DNA of 64,000 nucleotides from Takakia lepidozioides. Its lineage: Eukaryota; Plantae; Bryophyta. The notes below the pieces were generated by a model. That model made no database searches and was not told where the DNA came from. It saw only the letters and a list, made by a program, of their open reading frames with translations. Both the position numbers and the translations under genes were made by a program. Where the stretch lies: contig CM060733.1 in assembly GCA_030704615.1 (NCBI GenBank), forward strand, positions 56,730,001 to 56,794,000. Reading direction: 5' to 3'. Each line of letters begins with the position of its first letter. Positions within the stretch are counted from its first letter, which is position 1. Positions 23,648-36,072 of this stretch are shown in pieces.

Positions 23648-26600
23648 TTAATCTTGAAAATCATCACTATCGTCGTCCTGTCCTTGACTTTCCTGCTCCG
23701 CCTCCACCCCGTCGTTGCCTTTCTCATCTCCAGCGGACTGCTCGTTGGCCAGGCTTTCGAAAATCCCATCTTCACCTTGCGGAACCGACCATCTCACCTC
23801 CGTTGGCTCGTCGTCCTCCCTGTCTGCATCGCTCTTATCCGCTGAATCACATATGAACTTTCGCACTCGTCTACCTGTCTCAGCTGTTGCCAACTCTTTC
23901 CTTATCCTTTTGTCCTCCCTAGCCCTCTCCAAAATCTGTTCTACTTTACTGGGATTCTCACATCGTCTAATCGCTGTATTTGTGAGTTTAGCTGCATAAC
24001 TAGGAAGGGAGTAGTCCTTCACCAGGCTCGTCATGAAGTTGGCCCTCGCAAAGAACGGGACATTCTTCCTGGCAGGAAGTGTAGGCCCTACATGTCTCGA
24101 TCCGGATCCTGAAATCCTGCACATAACAATCACCAACGAGACCAATGAGAACCACAGTCCGGAAATGCGTTTGACAAAAAATCACCCAGAAGGCTTTGCA
24201 AACTGACAATGTTTGCACTCACTCGTATTGCGGGTTCTCCTCGGCATCAATGTCCACTGTCTCTTCCTCCGACTCTGACGAATCCGAGGAGTCCTTGGCT
24301 TCGATGGGAGCCTTCACATTCCGCTGCAGCCCTTCCAGATGGGATCCCCAGACGGATGTGTCCTCCTCGTAGGCAAAGAGGTGCCGGTCGGAAAACCGCC
24401 CAGCCCACATTGAGGCACCTGTTACAATGCCATCCACACATTATGACATGGCCCTTCAGATGTTGCGAATGAAAGCATAACGAGAGTTTGCAGAATAGTA
24501 TACAACAAGATTTTGCATACCTGTCCCACAGATGAGGTCGAGCACTGTGCCCTCCACGTGAGTGCATGTCTCCATAATTGTTTGAATAAAGGCAGGGCTC
24601 CGAGTCCGTGAATACCGCAGGGGTTCAGTTGAAGTGAGGCTATGAGGGAGAAGTTCCGTGGGAACGTTGTTGAACAGGACGTCGTAATCGATGGGGTCGC
24701 AGTTCGGGTCAACCAACAATCCCTCCTTCTGGAAAGCAAAGGTGGAGTTCTCCTTCACAAACCAGTATGCATCGAACTGCTTCGTCTGCATACACAGTGG
24801 GGAACGATTAGAAATCGAATGCAGCACCGCATTTCAAAACTCCTAAGAAAATGAAAGGACGAGTGCCAATGTCGTAATTTCCTTCTTCCCTTCCGACCAA
24901 AGGCCCAATGTGTTGATGCACGTCCACTTCTTCTTCAGAATTGGGACGGCGCTCTTGCGGGTCCACTTCGCAATTCCTGTCTGCGTGTTTTTGCCTCTGC
25001 TTGCCAGGACAACCACACAGCCTCTGTCGTCCAACACCATGCGGGCGAGCCCAAATCCTTTCTTCCAAAAGTCCTCGGAGTACCTGTTCCAAGATGGCAA
25101 AGCTTGCAGTCCTTCCACAGGCTCTCTGTCCGGAATATCCAAGATGATCATATCGCAAGACCACTCGGTGGCATTTCCGCCCCTCCTGCAATCCTTGTCT
25201 GCACACACCCTCTCAAAGAATGAGACCATCTTCAGAAACCCAGGGGTGTCAGAAGGCTCTTCGGCAGCCGCCTTTTTCAGTGCTCTGCCCTTCAGACCCT
25301 CCATGGTCTTCATGTATGTCAACTTGGCTGTCCGTCCATCCAAAGCCGCCAAGAAACTCTCATTCACACACTGGACTACTGTATCGGGATCCACTTTTGG
25401 CCTTTTCATTTCCACCGGCTCGAAAGGGTGCCCCCCCGGGGGGTTGAAGAGTGCCTTCTTTGCCGAGCCAGTTCTCGTCCCTCTCGTGACAACGGTGGGC
25501 ACAGGGGATTTCGGCTGCGTCTCGGGGGGTGGGCTGGTTGCAAAGTTTCCATCGGAGTCCTCTTCCTCACCCTCTACCTGCACTATCTGTTTCTGCTTCT
25601 TTGTTTTCTTGGGTGTCACAACTGCTGCTCCTTGCTGGCGAGTCCGCTTCTTGGACCCCTTCTGTTGAGCCTGCACAGCTGCATCCACCGTCTTCTGTGC
25701 CATCTCAGCTGCCTTTCTGGATTGTTCCAGAGCAGCGGCTTCCTTTGCCGACTCTGGCCGAGCAAGGACACGTCTTTCCTTTCTCTTCTCTTCTGCTTTC
25801 ACGTGCAGATCTTTCTCAGACTCGTCAACAATTCCGCTGTCTGAAGAAGCACGTATTTCATATACCTGCAGGGCAGTCAGCATGCGTGAGCAAAAGTTGA
25901 GACCAACGTACTCGCAGAGTGCAACCGAAAACATAAAATGCGAATGCGGTGCCGCATTTCCCAGACAAACCTCATTACCAGGCTTTGCATACAAAGACAG
26001 TTGGGCTTCACCTATAAACAATTCGCATTGCAGCTTTTCCCGCTCCCTCCTGATGTGAAAACTCCACGCTCCTTCTTGCTGTCTGCAGCTCCCTGGCGAA
26101 GAGGTTGTCCTTGTAAACACATCTAAAACGTGTCACGTAGTCTTCCAATGTCTGTGTTCCATCCCATTTGACGTACAAGCCGAACGAATTTGTATGCATT
26201 ACGACTTGCTCCTTCGCATTCGTCATTACCTGCGATTCCCACATGCATTGTCACGTAGCAGTTCAGGGAATTCATTTCAGAAAAGCAAATATGGGGAAGT
26301 ACCTTGAATTACCTGGAACCACCAAGTCATGCGGTTGAGCCACACATCCACTGCAGGGTCGGAAACTTCGAGTGGAAAAGACCACATTGTCCTTATACTC
26401 TCCGATGCATTCCAGATCAATAGCCACCGTGTCTGCCATTTCCGATCCAATGTCAGAAGCAGGAAGAAGAGTGGCTATTGCTAGGAAGGAACTTCAGTGA
26501 ATTGAAACATCACCTTCTCTTTCGCTTCAACACATGCCGTTGAGAGGTGATGCAGTTTCTCCAACTGCATGGTCGGCTGCATGGCCCGAGAATAGTGTTT

Positions 26601-28738
26601 TGCAATCTCGGGGATGAAGTCCTTTCCAAGTGCCGCATCTGCAATGGCCACCAGCTTCACAAGCTTTGACTTGTATTTCGTTCTGGACTTGACCCCGGCT
26701 TCCTTCAAGTGCTCAGTCAATGACTGCAACGTTTTGACCTGCCCCTCACTTTCCATGAAGAAGCGTTTGGCATGGGCCAAATCCAGCTTGATGTTTGACT
26801 GCCAACAAAAACATGCAGAAGCGTTACATTCGATTCATGTGGAAAGATTACCAGAAATTGGGGAAGGATGAGCAGAGGGAAATGGGAGGACGACTTACTT
26901 TGTATATCACCTCCACCATTCCATCCATAGTGAGACGATACCATGTCCGGTCAGTTTTTGCCACGGCTTTCTGAATGAGCTCGGGCTCCAACATTTCCGC
27001 GAACATGTGCGGATCAGTGAGACCAGTTTTCCTCACCCTGTACAACATATGTGCCATGTGGGTATGCATGTACGCATTTTCAGTGACCCTGCAAGGCACA
27101 CTCTCCAGTTTAGTCCACGAAAGCACGGAAACAAAACAGATTGGAAACCGAAATGCGGCACCGCATTTCGAACGTGCTTGGGAGGGTATGAGTATCTTAC
27201 GAGTTGAGGTCCGCCATGGCATTCTTGAGCAAGGAGGAGTCTGCCGCCTTCACCTTGAGGATGACACACTCCATCATGTAATGCCAGCCAATGTGCTTGG
27301 CATGGTTCTGCTTGATGTACTCCCACCAGGCGAGAAGTCGGTGATTCCCGTCCCACACAAAGAACATTTTACCCGACATATGGCCGAAGTCGGGATCACC
27401 CTTCAGTGTTGCCTCGAATTCGTCGTTGCGAGTGTGCCAGTGGGTATCCCATGTTGACAATTCCTCCGCAGTGGGTCCACGAGATTCGCCGTCCTCATTC
27501 TCAAGGGAAATGTAGAAGGCTGGCGAACCTAGACGGTACCCTTCTCGAAATGCTAACTTGAGCTTATCCACATCTCCGGGAAGTGCCTGCCTGACGATGG
27601 GAAGGGAGACCATGCGACAGAGTGGGATTCGAAGAGTCCGCTAGAATACCATGCTGCCCAGAACTCTGCCAATGCTACTATGTGTCTCCTCCAACATTGT
27701 ATCCGCTGCACTTTGGAATTCCTCCGGAGACATTTCTGCTGGTGGCGGCAGGGGCTGAGCAGCTTGAGCATCCCCAACTGGAGCTGCACTCTGGGGAATC
27801 TTTGCGGACAATTCTGCAATCGCAGAGGCCTCCTCCGGGCCTTCAGTGGTCAGGTCTTCCTCAACTGTGGTCAGGTCTTGCTGAGAACGTTGAGAGGCAG
27901 CACCCTCCTCCGGTACCAGATCGACGGTCGATCCCATTGCCTTCGCTACAGCAGAGACGCCCCCAACATTAGCAGGCTGGAAATCAAGCAGGAACTGGGC
28001 TTCAGCTCGTGGAATCGGTTTTGCGGGAGACTGCTCCGCCCTCCCCCTGATTGCCTTGTGCTTCCTCATTCTTGTAGGTGAAGGTGTCTGCTGCAATTGA
28101 ATCTGCTTCATTCGCCTGGGTGGGGGGGAAACGGCCTGGTCCAGTTCAGAAACAAGTTGAAGGACGGGCTGCTTCTTCTTCGTCTTTGCCGGAGAAGGGC
28201 CCGACCCCTGCTGGCAATTCTCCATGACCTTTGAACGCGAGTCGCTCTCTGGGGCTTTGAACTGCAAAGACTTGCCCTTCGAAGCCGCGTCCTTGAAACG
28301 CACAGGGCTAGGACCGGCAGGAAGACCCGTGCTCATGGATCGGCTGGGTGTGCGTGCTGCAGCTAGCTCCACGGACTCTGCCTGCGGCTCTTCGGATTCC
28401 TGCGATCCCTCCAGCACATCCACCTTTCCGGTTAGGCATGCAAACATCTTCTGCAGTCAAGTCTCCTAGCATACAGTCTAAGAATTGCAGAAGAAAAATG
28501 AGGCGGGTTTCGGTGCTCGATCAGCTGGCGAATCCCGATAGCACGGAGCTCTCACTGGTGGCTGGGTTGCCTGTGTGGCCTGATGCTGCGAGATGACAAT
28601 CTCCTCCTGTAGACGCATCTGCTTCCTCCCCTTCGGCATTGGCCTACGTCCAAAGTACAATTTTCGGAGCTTGCGACGATGTCTCTTCTCTGGTGCACGC
28701 ACTCCCTCCCTCTCAGGTTCAAGCATAAGAAGAACAGA
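23648..28738 (-). pseudogene. Spliced ParB/Srx-like plus beta-class DNA methyltransferase-like fusion gene (element B); 5' end continues beyond 42325
   Basis: ParB-like VWDGNHRLLAW (27197-27613); CDMIILDIPD (about 25128-25157, motif IV-like); RSPAFIQTIMETCTHVEGTVLDLICGTG|ASMWAGRFSDRHLFAYEED (24520-24605 and the next exon; motifs X, I, II); GT-AG introns, e.g. 27200-27089; in-frame TAG at 27641. Confidence 0.78.
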
Positions 28739-29430
28739 GAGGTTTACTATTTCATGAGCGCATGAGCCCATGAGCCTATGAGCCTATGAGCTCATGAGCG
28801 GGCATCCGCGGAATTGGAATTTTCCTGCCTTTATTGACGGTGTTATGTCCTCTTACCTCGGTAATAGGGTCTATTTCTCCTGGTCCAGGATGCGGAATGA
28901 GGTATTTCGGCGCCGTTATTCCCAAGAGCAGTGTGCTAAAATGGTGTTTTGAAGACATCCACCGGGGTATTTCGGCACCAAAATTACCTCTTAAAATGTG
29001 ATATAGTGCGGTATTTAATGGCGCAGAACGGGCTATTTCGGCGCCGAAATACCCAAGTGGAATGTGCTGAAGTGCCTTGTGCTGAAGGCTTCCATCGTGA
29101 TATTTTGGTGCAGTAATTCATCCGTGGAATTTTTGAGGCCCATATAACGAAGGCGCGCACTGGGCTATTTCGGCGCCAAATTTCCCAATAGGAATGTTAG
29201 AAACGGCAGGGTTTTCATGGCTTCAAGTTCCCGGCTCGATGGTGTGCATAAATTACTTGTAGGGTTCTTCACTGAAGTTTGCGTCTCTTCTGCTTTTATT
29301 ATACATTTTGGTTGGCGGAAGAAATGTAGGGAATCGGACAAGCAGTCTGAACACAATGATTTTTCAAATCGTCAATATTTTCATTAAGTGTTTCAGAACT
29401 GTACAACAAAAGGATCCAAATGAGACTTTG

Positions 29431-31531
29431 CTATGGTGAGGATCCGCTATCACTGTCCGATGCATCCCCGGCCTCATGCAAGGATGGCTGCCTTCCACCT
29501 GCCTCCGAACCTGCACTGCCGCTACCGCTGTTACTTTGAGAAGCCCTCCCCTCAAAAATACCATCCTCACCAGCCGGAACTGTCCACCTGGGTGCGGAAG
29601 TGTCCTCAACATTCCCCTCGCTCTCGGACGCGGATTCTATTACGAACTTCCCTACTCTGCCTTTCACAATTTTATGTTTGGCCTCACGCCTCATTATAAT
29701 TCTCTGCTCATTCCCGTATGTCAATTGCTCTAACCGAGTAGGCCTATCCTCCCTCCCGATGGCTTCTCTGGCAACCGTGTCTGCATAGGCTGGTAGAAAA
29801 AAGGGCTTCTGGGGACTCGCGAGAAACTCGTCTGAATTCCCATACCCAGCAGATACAGTCAGGCCACGGATCCCTGCAACAAATAGCATTAAATTGATAC
29901 TGAAATTTGAAATGAACCTCACCAAATAGAGGATCTCCACCATGGCGTCCAGTGTTGGTCGGTACCAGGTGCGATCTGCTTTCGCTAGGGACTTCCTGTA
30001 CAGCTCGGGATCGAGGGGCTTTTGGAAGTCCGTCAGCGGAGCTGTCCCCACTTCTTGCACTCTATAGAGCGTATGTGCCAGATGAGTTTCCACGAAGGCC
30101 CTCTCTGTTACCCTGCCATGGAGAAAAAAAACAACATGAAAATATGATTTCGGCACAGCAATCCAATTTCCAGTTCATAGAGTGCATGACAGTGGTGAAC
30201 ATTGCCTATTTCGGCGCCGCAATAGGCAGTACACAAGGATGTAATTGTATACTTATAGATTTATATCTGCCATGGCACCCTTCAACAGTCCTCTGTCCCT
30301 GAAGTCCACCTTCACGACAATGCAGTCCACCATGTAATGCCAACTGATATCTTGCGGATGCATTTCAGCAATGTACTTTGTCCAGGCAAGCATCCTGTGG
30401 TTCCCGTCCCAAACGAAGAACATCTTCCCTTCCATGTGTGCGAATGTGGGATTAGTCTTCAGATAGGCTTCAAACTCAACATTAACAGTGTGCCAGTGGG
30501 GGCCCCAATTCTGAAGCTCCTCTGCAGTGGGGCCCCTTGTGACACCCTGGTCATTCTCAATGGAAACGTAGAATGCTGCCGACCCCCGTCTGTACCATTT
30601 TTTGAAGTTGTGCTTCAGTCGATCAATATCCCCTGGCAGTGCTTGCCTTACAACTGGAAGGCTTACCATGCGACACAAAGGAACTTTGAGGTTCTCCGGA
30701 TACACCATGGAGCCCAAAACGCGGCCTATGTTGCTATGAGTCTCTGCTAGCAACCTGTTTGCTGCTATGTTCATGTCTCGTGCGCTCATGAGCATACCCG
30801 CCACCAGTTTCTTACTTCTATCACCTCTGTCACTTCCCTCACCCCTCTCACCAGCCTGTCTACGGTCCTGGAGGTTTTGCTCCTCCGCAAGCTTCAGCAG
30901 GTTCTGATCGTCGCCAAGTCGTACCACGTTGTCGTCCGCTCCTTCTATCAGCTGAATGGGCCGCCCTTCTGCAGATCCGACTCGCACATCTCTAGCGTCC
31001 TCCACCGCATCCGTGTTTTCTGAAATTGACTGCAAACCCAATATCTCCGCTTCCAGTCTCCCTAGGGGTTTTACTGGCGAAGCCATGGGCTCCTTCTGCT
31101 TCCTCGGCTTCCGAACTCTAGGTGGGTTTTTCTGAGGCGATATCTGAGGTGTTGAATGAGGACTCGCCTGCCTCGATGCACTTCCACCTTGCGAGCGCAG
31201 CACCCGGGCAGGAGTATCCAAAGTTGACTGTGTTGCCTCGCCCCCCTGCGATCCCTCCCCAGCTCCCATGTCAAACAAACAGGAAAACATGAGACACTGC
31301 ACGCAAAAAAAAAGGTGTAAAAGGAATATTGCGTATGGAGTGCTTCACATCCGCGATGCACGAATCTCGCACTGGTGGGCGATCCGAGTCTCCGGATAAC
31401 GAGGTCTGCATTTCATGCATGAGACGGAGCTTAAGTCGTGTCGTCGGCGGCTTCCTAAAATCCCGCGTCCTCCTTCTCTTTGCCGGAGTCGCCTGACCTT
31501 CCACAAACTCTATGCTACCACTATGCCACAT
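29431..31531 (-). CDS. ParB/Srx-like domain gene lacking the methyltransferase exons (A2)
   Basis: Open 349-aa exon (30253-31302) with GKMFFVWDGNHRMLAW; next exon VTERAF...KADRTWYR; last exon homologous to the C-terminal exon of gene B; the donor after the ParB exon reads AT where A1 has GT. Confidence 0.72.
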
Positions 31532-31779
31532 AAGGAGAGGAAACGCAGGAGAATGTCACTGCAGAAGGGCAAGGAGCGAGAGAGCAAAGCGGTGGAACAT
31601 GCAACCACTATGCACGAGCAGATGCGTAAGCAGCCACGTCTCCCGAAGCGTTGCCACCGTCCGCCACTTTCTGCCGTATGGGTGATGAAGAGATTGTGAC
31701 CCCTGACACTTTCGCACAGATGAAGTCGACTGGAACACGACGCGTGCCAGTTCCAGCCACCAGTACAAGACGGTTTATC

Positions 31780-33350
31780 CGAATTGCGGCACCGAAATAC
31801 CTTCCGTTCACCGGATGCTGTTCCCGGAGCAGCCTGCATTGAATGAAATATCCGCACATCATGAAACCCAACCGCCATGAAAATCCCCTGCCTATGACAT
31901 TCAACAGTCAGGTCGGTACGTTTCATCAGCGGACAGATGAATTTCGGCGCCGAAATTCATCCTATTCAAGTGCTTTCATACACAAACTTACGAATTTCGG
32001 CGCCGCAATTCATCGCTTCCCAAGTCCTCATCCGTCATGAGCAAACCTGTCAGTGGGATATCGGAGCCGGAATTAATTCCGGGACAGTGGAAACGGCTGC
32101 ACTTGGGCACATTTCATCCATATTTCAGCGCCGAAATTCATTACGAATATCTCCGTCCGCGCGTAGACGAGGTGAAATCATCCATATTTCGGCGCCGAAA
32201 TTCATCCAGAGCGAAGACTAAATCGGCACCATGCTATGCTTTGCCGCCATCATTGCCCCTGACGGATGCTGTCCATGCCTGTTGGACTTGCCATTTCTAG
32301 ACATTTAACTATAATTTCGGCGCCGAAATTATACTTTATGTGCGGCATCGTCCCGTGCGAAAAAGACCACTTAATGGATACTGTCGGTTTCAAATGAAAA
32401 AAACGGCTAGAATGCAATTAATTTTGACAGAAGCGGTTCAATATGCCGATTTCTCCATTAAATGCAGAATATTCATGTTATCTTCGTCGGAACGGGGTAT
32501 TTCCAACGATTTACGGAAAATTATATCATCCAGAAGCAAAAAGTAAGTGGCGGGTTTGGACGAATTTCGGCGCCGAAATTCATCCGTCGCATACAAAATG
32601 TAATATTAGAGTTACTCATTGCGGACGGTAAGGATGAATTTCGGCGCCGAAATTCATCCATTTCAAAGAAAAATAAATATTGGAGGGAGGGCATTGGATG
32701 AATTTCAGCGCCGAAATCCGGTGCTCAAACCCTGAAAAGAATTTGGAGGGATGAAGTCGGTTGAATTTCGGCGCCGGAATTCATTGCTCGCGAAGAATTT
32801 TTTTTCTTTTTTCGGGAGGACTTCGGATGAATTTCGGCGCCGAAATTCATTGCTCGCGAAGAAAAAAGAAAATTAGAAGGGAGTACTTGGATGAGATTCG
32901 GCGCCGAAGTTCATCTGTCGCAAAGGAAAAAAAAAAAAAAAAAGACTTCAGATGAATTTCGGCACCGAAATCCATCCGCGGGGCAGCAGAATTAAGGTCG
33001 GAAAATGAGATGAAGAATGAATTTCGGCGCCGAAATACATCCATTCAGCCGATTCAGGATTACTGTCATTCGGATGTCGGCACCGATATCCGGACACGTG
33101 GTGAATCACGACTGTATTCAGGAACACATTCATCCGTATTTTGGCATCCAAATTCAACCCTTATGTGCAGAAACAATTTGATGAAGAAGATGTTCATCCG
33201 AATTTCGGCACCGAAATCCATCCGTTGGGTGCTTGGTCAGTTTTATGAGGTGAACAAATTACGATTTCTGTCGCCGGAATTCATCCACTGGCTTCCAAAG
33301 TTGTTACATGACAGAGATGTTCATCCAGATTTCAGTGCCCAAATTCATGG
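31780..33350. repeat. Array of family-A palindromes (A2)
   Basis: More than 20 copies of GAATTTCGGCGCCGAAATTC and variants. Confidence 0.95.
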
Positions 33351-33474
33351 GAAGGCCTGATTTATTGTAGCCCAAGTGGTTGTACATTACAATTCAGGCA
33401 CCAAATATCCGATGTGAACTTCCTGTTGTCGTCCGTTTTTGTAACGTACGAAAAGCTCTTCGCCCCGCATACCG

Positions 33475-33894
33475 GTAGGTGACCCCGCAGCTTGGCCCAC
33501 CCATTGGTGGGGGAAATTGAAAAGACGGCGGCCACCAACTAAGGCGAACGACACCAGGATGGCCAACGCTCTTGCAATGCCCTGCATAGTGCAAGGTTGC
33601 AGGGATGTTCCTCACCCCGGGATGGGGCGCATATTTCAGTTGTCAACAGCCGGGTCTGCTGCGCGTAGTGTCGTGTATGCAATCACGGTTTCACAGTACC
33701 CAGCTTGCAACTGTAAGGACTTCCTTGTTATGGAATCGAAGAATGCAGCATACGTCCCCTGCAAACACCTTGATTACATTTTTCTGAAGCGCATGAGTTG
33801 CATATCCGCAGTGGACGTCTTCATCCATGCTCCAACACTGAGTTTCAACGAGCTGCACAAGGCCCTACGGCAGGATACTGGTCGGACTGCTTGA
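33475..33894 (+). pseudogene. MULE transposase SWIM remnant (A2)
   Basis: PACNCKDF...VPCKHLDYIF; no GCM-like or DDE region upstream. Confidence 0.85.
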
Positions 33895-34746
33895 CATTCC
33901 ACATTCGGGAAGGAGAAAGTGGCAATTATATTACATTCATCTTTTTGCACCCTATTTTTTTGTGAGGAATTATACACTTGGTGGTGCCGCATCGCCATGG
34001 CTACAGGTGAATTTCGGTGCCGCAATACATGAGAATGTGGTTTTTGGCCATGAATGGCATGCGCATGTTTTTTTTTTTTGGTTGTCTACAAATGGATCCG
34101 AGTAAAGCATACATTGTGTGGAGATTAACGGGCATTGAGGCCTATTTCAGCGCCGTTTATGGTCTGTGTACTGCATAGTGCTTCCTTGTTACTGTTCTTC
34201 ATTTCAAATTGTAGTGATTTCGCAGCCCATCCTGGCGTTTTCGTCCACCTTTATGAGAAGATTCCAATTTGCTACAAATACATTGTTACTGTTCTGCAAA
34301 TGTGATGCCTTTACAAGATTGCTAGTTCTGTGTCCCAGTGGGAAGGGTCCTACTGCACATTCCAGCATTTGCATACTGCACCTTGTGCAAACAGCAATCC
34401 ATACGACAAAGGACACGTCCCAGCATACTGGCAGTGAATTGCAAAAAACCTTACCAGAAGATTATCCAAGCATGTATATTTCCCATATGGCACAGGGAAG
34501 CTGCTTGATTTCTGAATGAAAATGTATGTGCCGTGAGTGTCGGCGAGTCGAAACATGTCTATTCTAGCATGCAAGACCTATGGTCCCCTCGCCCAACAAG
34601 AAGGAACTCTAACTGGCCTCTCAAGGACCTCCTGAGTGATCGGGTGCCTATATTTGAACAAAATGTCAGTGGTTTCTGTCGCCCGGTTGAAACTAACGAG
34701 GATGTCGTGTTTATCGATAGCGCCCCCTTGGTAGAAGGACATTTTC

Positions 34747-35472
34747 TGTCGCGCACCTCACTTCGGTAAGCTCCCCTTCAAGTCATAGTTGCTAGCTTGA
34801 TGCGCGCGCCTAACTCCCAACCTGGCCGTCAGACCAACTTGGAGCTTCGGCTGCTCATCGGGGCATAACGGTCCCCCTTTGATCTCCCAAAGAACCCTCC
34901 ACCGATTTGGAACCAGCAGGAATTCCCTTTGGTAGTTGGCAGTCCGGAACAGCTCCCCACTCTTTGGTCGCTTTCCGGCTCGCTCGCTTACTCACTAGTT
35001 TTTGGTCACCAACGGGCTTGCACCGTTCTCGGGGTTACTACTCCCTATATATACTTCTGTAGCTGTCCGCGGGGGTTTCACAACCAGCCATGCCATTTTA
35101 TGGCGAACCACCACGAAAACCCTCGACTCCCGGTGATGAGTCGCGGTGAGTCTTGGCCCACTCGCCACGGCCCCCATGGACCGTGATGAGTCCCAAGACT
35201 CCCCACGACTCCCACCACGAGGTCTCCGCCCCCATGGTGAGTCCTATGCCACCCCCACTAAGTCCCGCTAAGCTACCACCACCCCTTGTGGAGCCACCCC
35301 CACCGCAACCCGGTGTGCAGGGCTCCACCTAGTGAGTGCCTCCGCCTCCTTGAGTGCCTTGGGCACTCAAAGGTGCTTCAGCCCCCCATACCTATCGATG
35401 CCGCTGCCCCCACCACAGGGGCAGCCCCTCATGTGTCCCAACCCCCTGCCCTCAAGGCAAAGGGCCGCGACA
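34747..35472 (-). repeat. Chromovirus 3' LTR
   Basis: TGTCGCG...CGCGACA; about 10 differences from 40405-41129 by eye. Confidence 0.95.
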
Positions 35473-36072
35473 CACCCCCACCGCAACCCGGTGTGCGGGG
35501 CTCCACCTAGTGAGCGCCTCCGCCTCCTTGAGTGCCTTGGGCACTCAAGGGTGCTTCAGCCCCCCATACCTATCGCTGCCGCTACCCCCACCACAGGGGC
35601 AGCCCCTCATGTGTCCCGACCTCCTGCCCTCAAGGCAAAGGGCCTCTTGGAATGCTGGCCTGAGGTACGGGAACACGTCGAAGCCGCACTACGACTTCGT
35701 CCCGAGGCTACACGATTATAGTACGTGAACGGAAGCACATAGCTTCCGCGTTAGCCCGCACTACAAGGCAACCACCTCGGTAGCGCAGTTATAGTACGCG
35801 CACGCGCCAGGTGCGCACTAGCACGTGAACTCCCAAAGAAGGCGCATGTTTCCTTGCCCCTTGGATGGGAGTCACCCGATTTCGGCACTGCGCAAACACA
35901 CGATTAACCCAATTTACCTCTCCCACTTTTGTAAGCTAGCATGCATTCTACACACTAGCCAACCACACCATGCATCACCATTCCAAACAAAATAGGACAC
36001 ACAACATTTGGAACCCATTTCCTTTATAACAAATTTTTGTACAATACAAGTTTTTGCAATCGGATTCCTGAG

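Noticed and set aside
23648-28738. Bacterial or phage contamination as the source of the ParB and MTase motifs
   Set aside because: The genes have GT-AG introns at conserved positions and are interleaved with plant-type retrotransposons and a MULE with a TSD.
11033-34746. One giant foldback transposon with 5.7-kb TIRs
   Set aside because: The right arm is part of A2, which has its own TIR pair and 9-bp TSD; the arms are two separate insertions.
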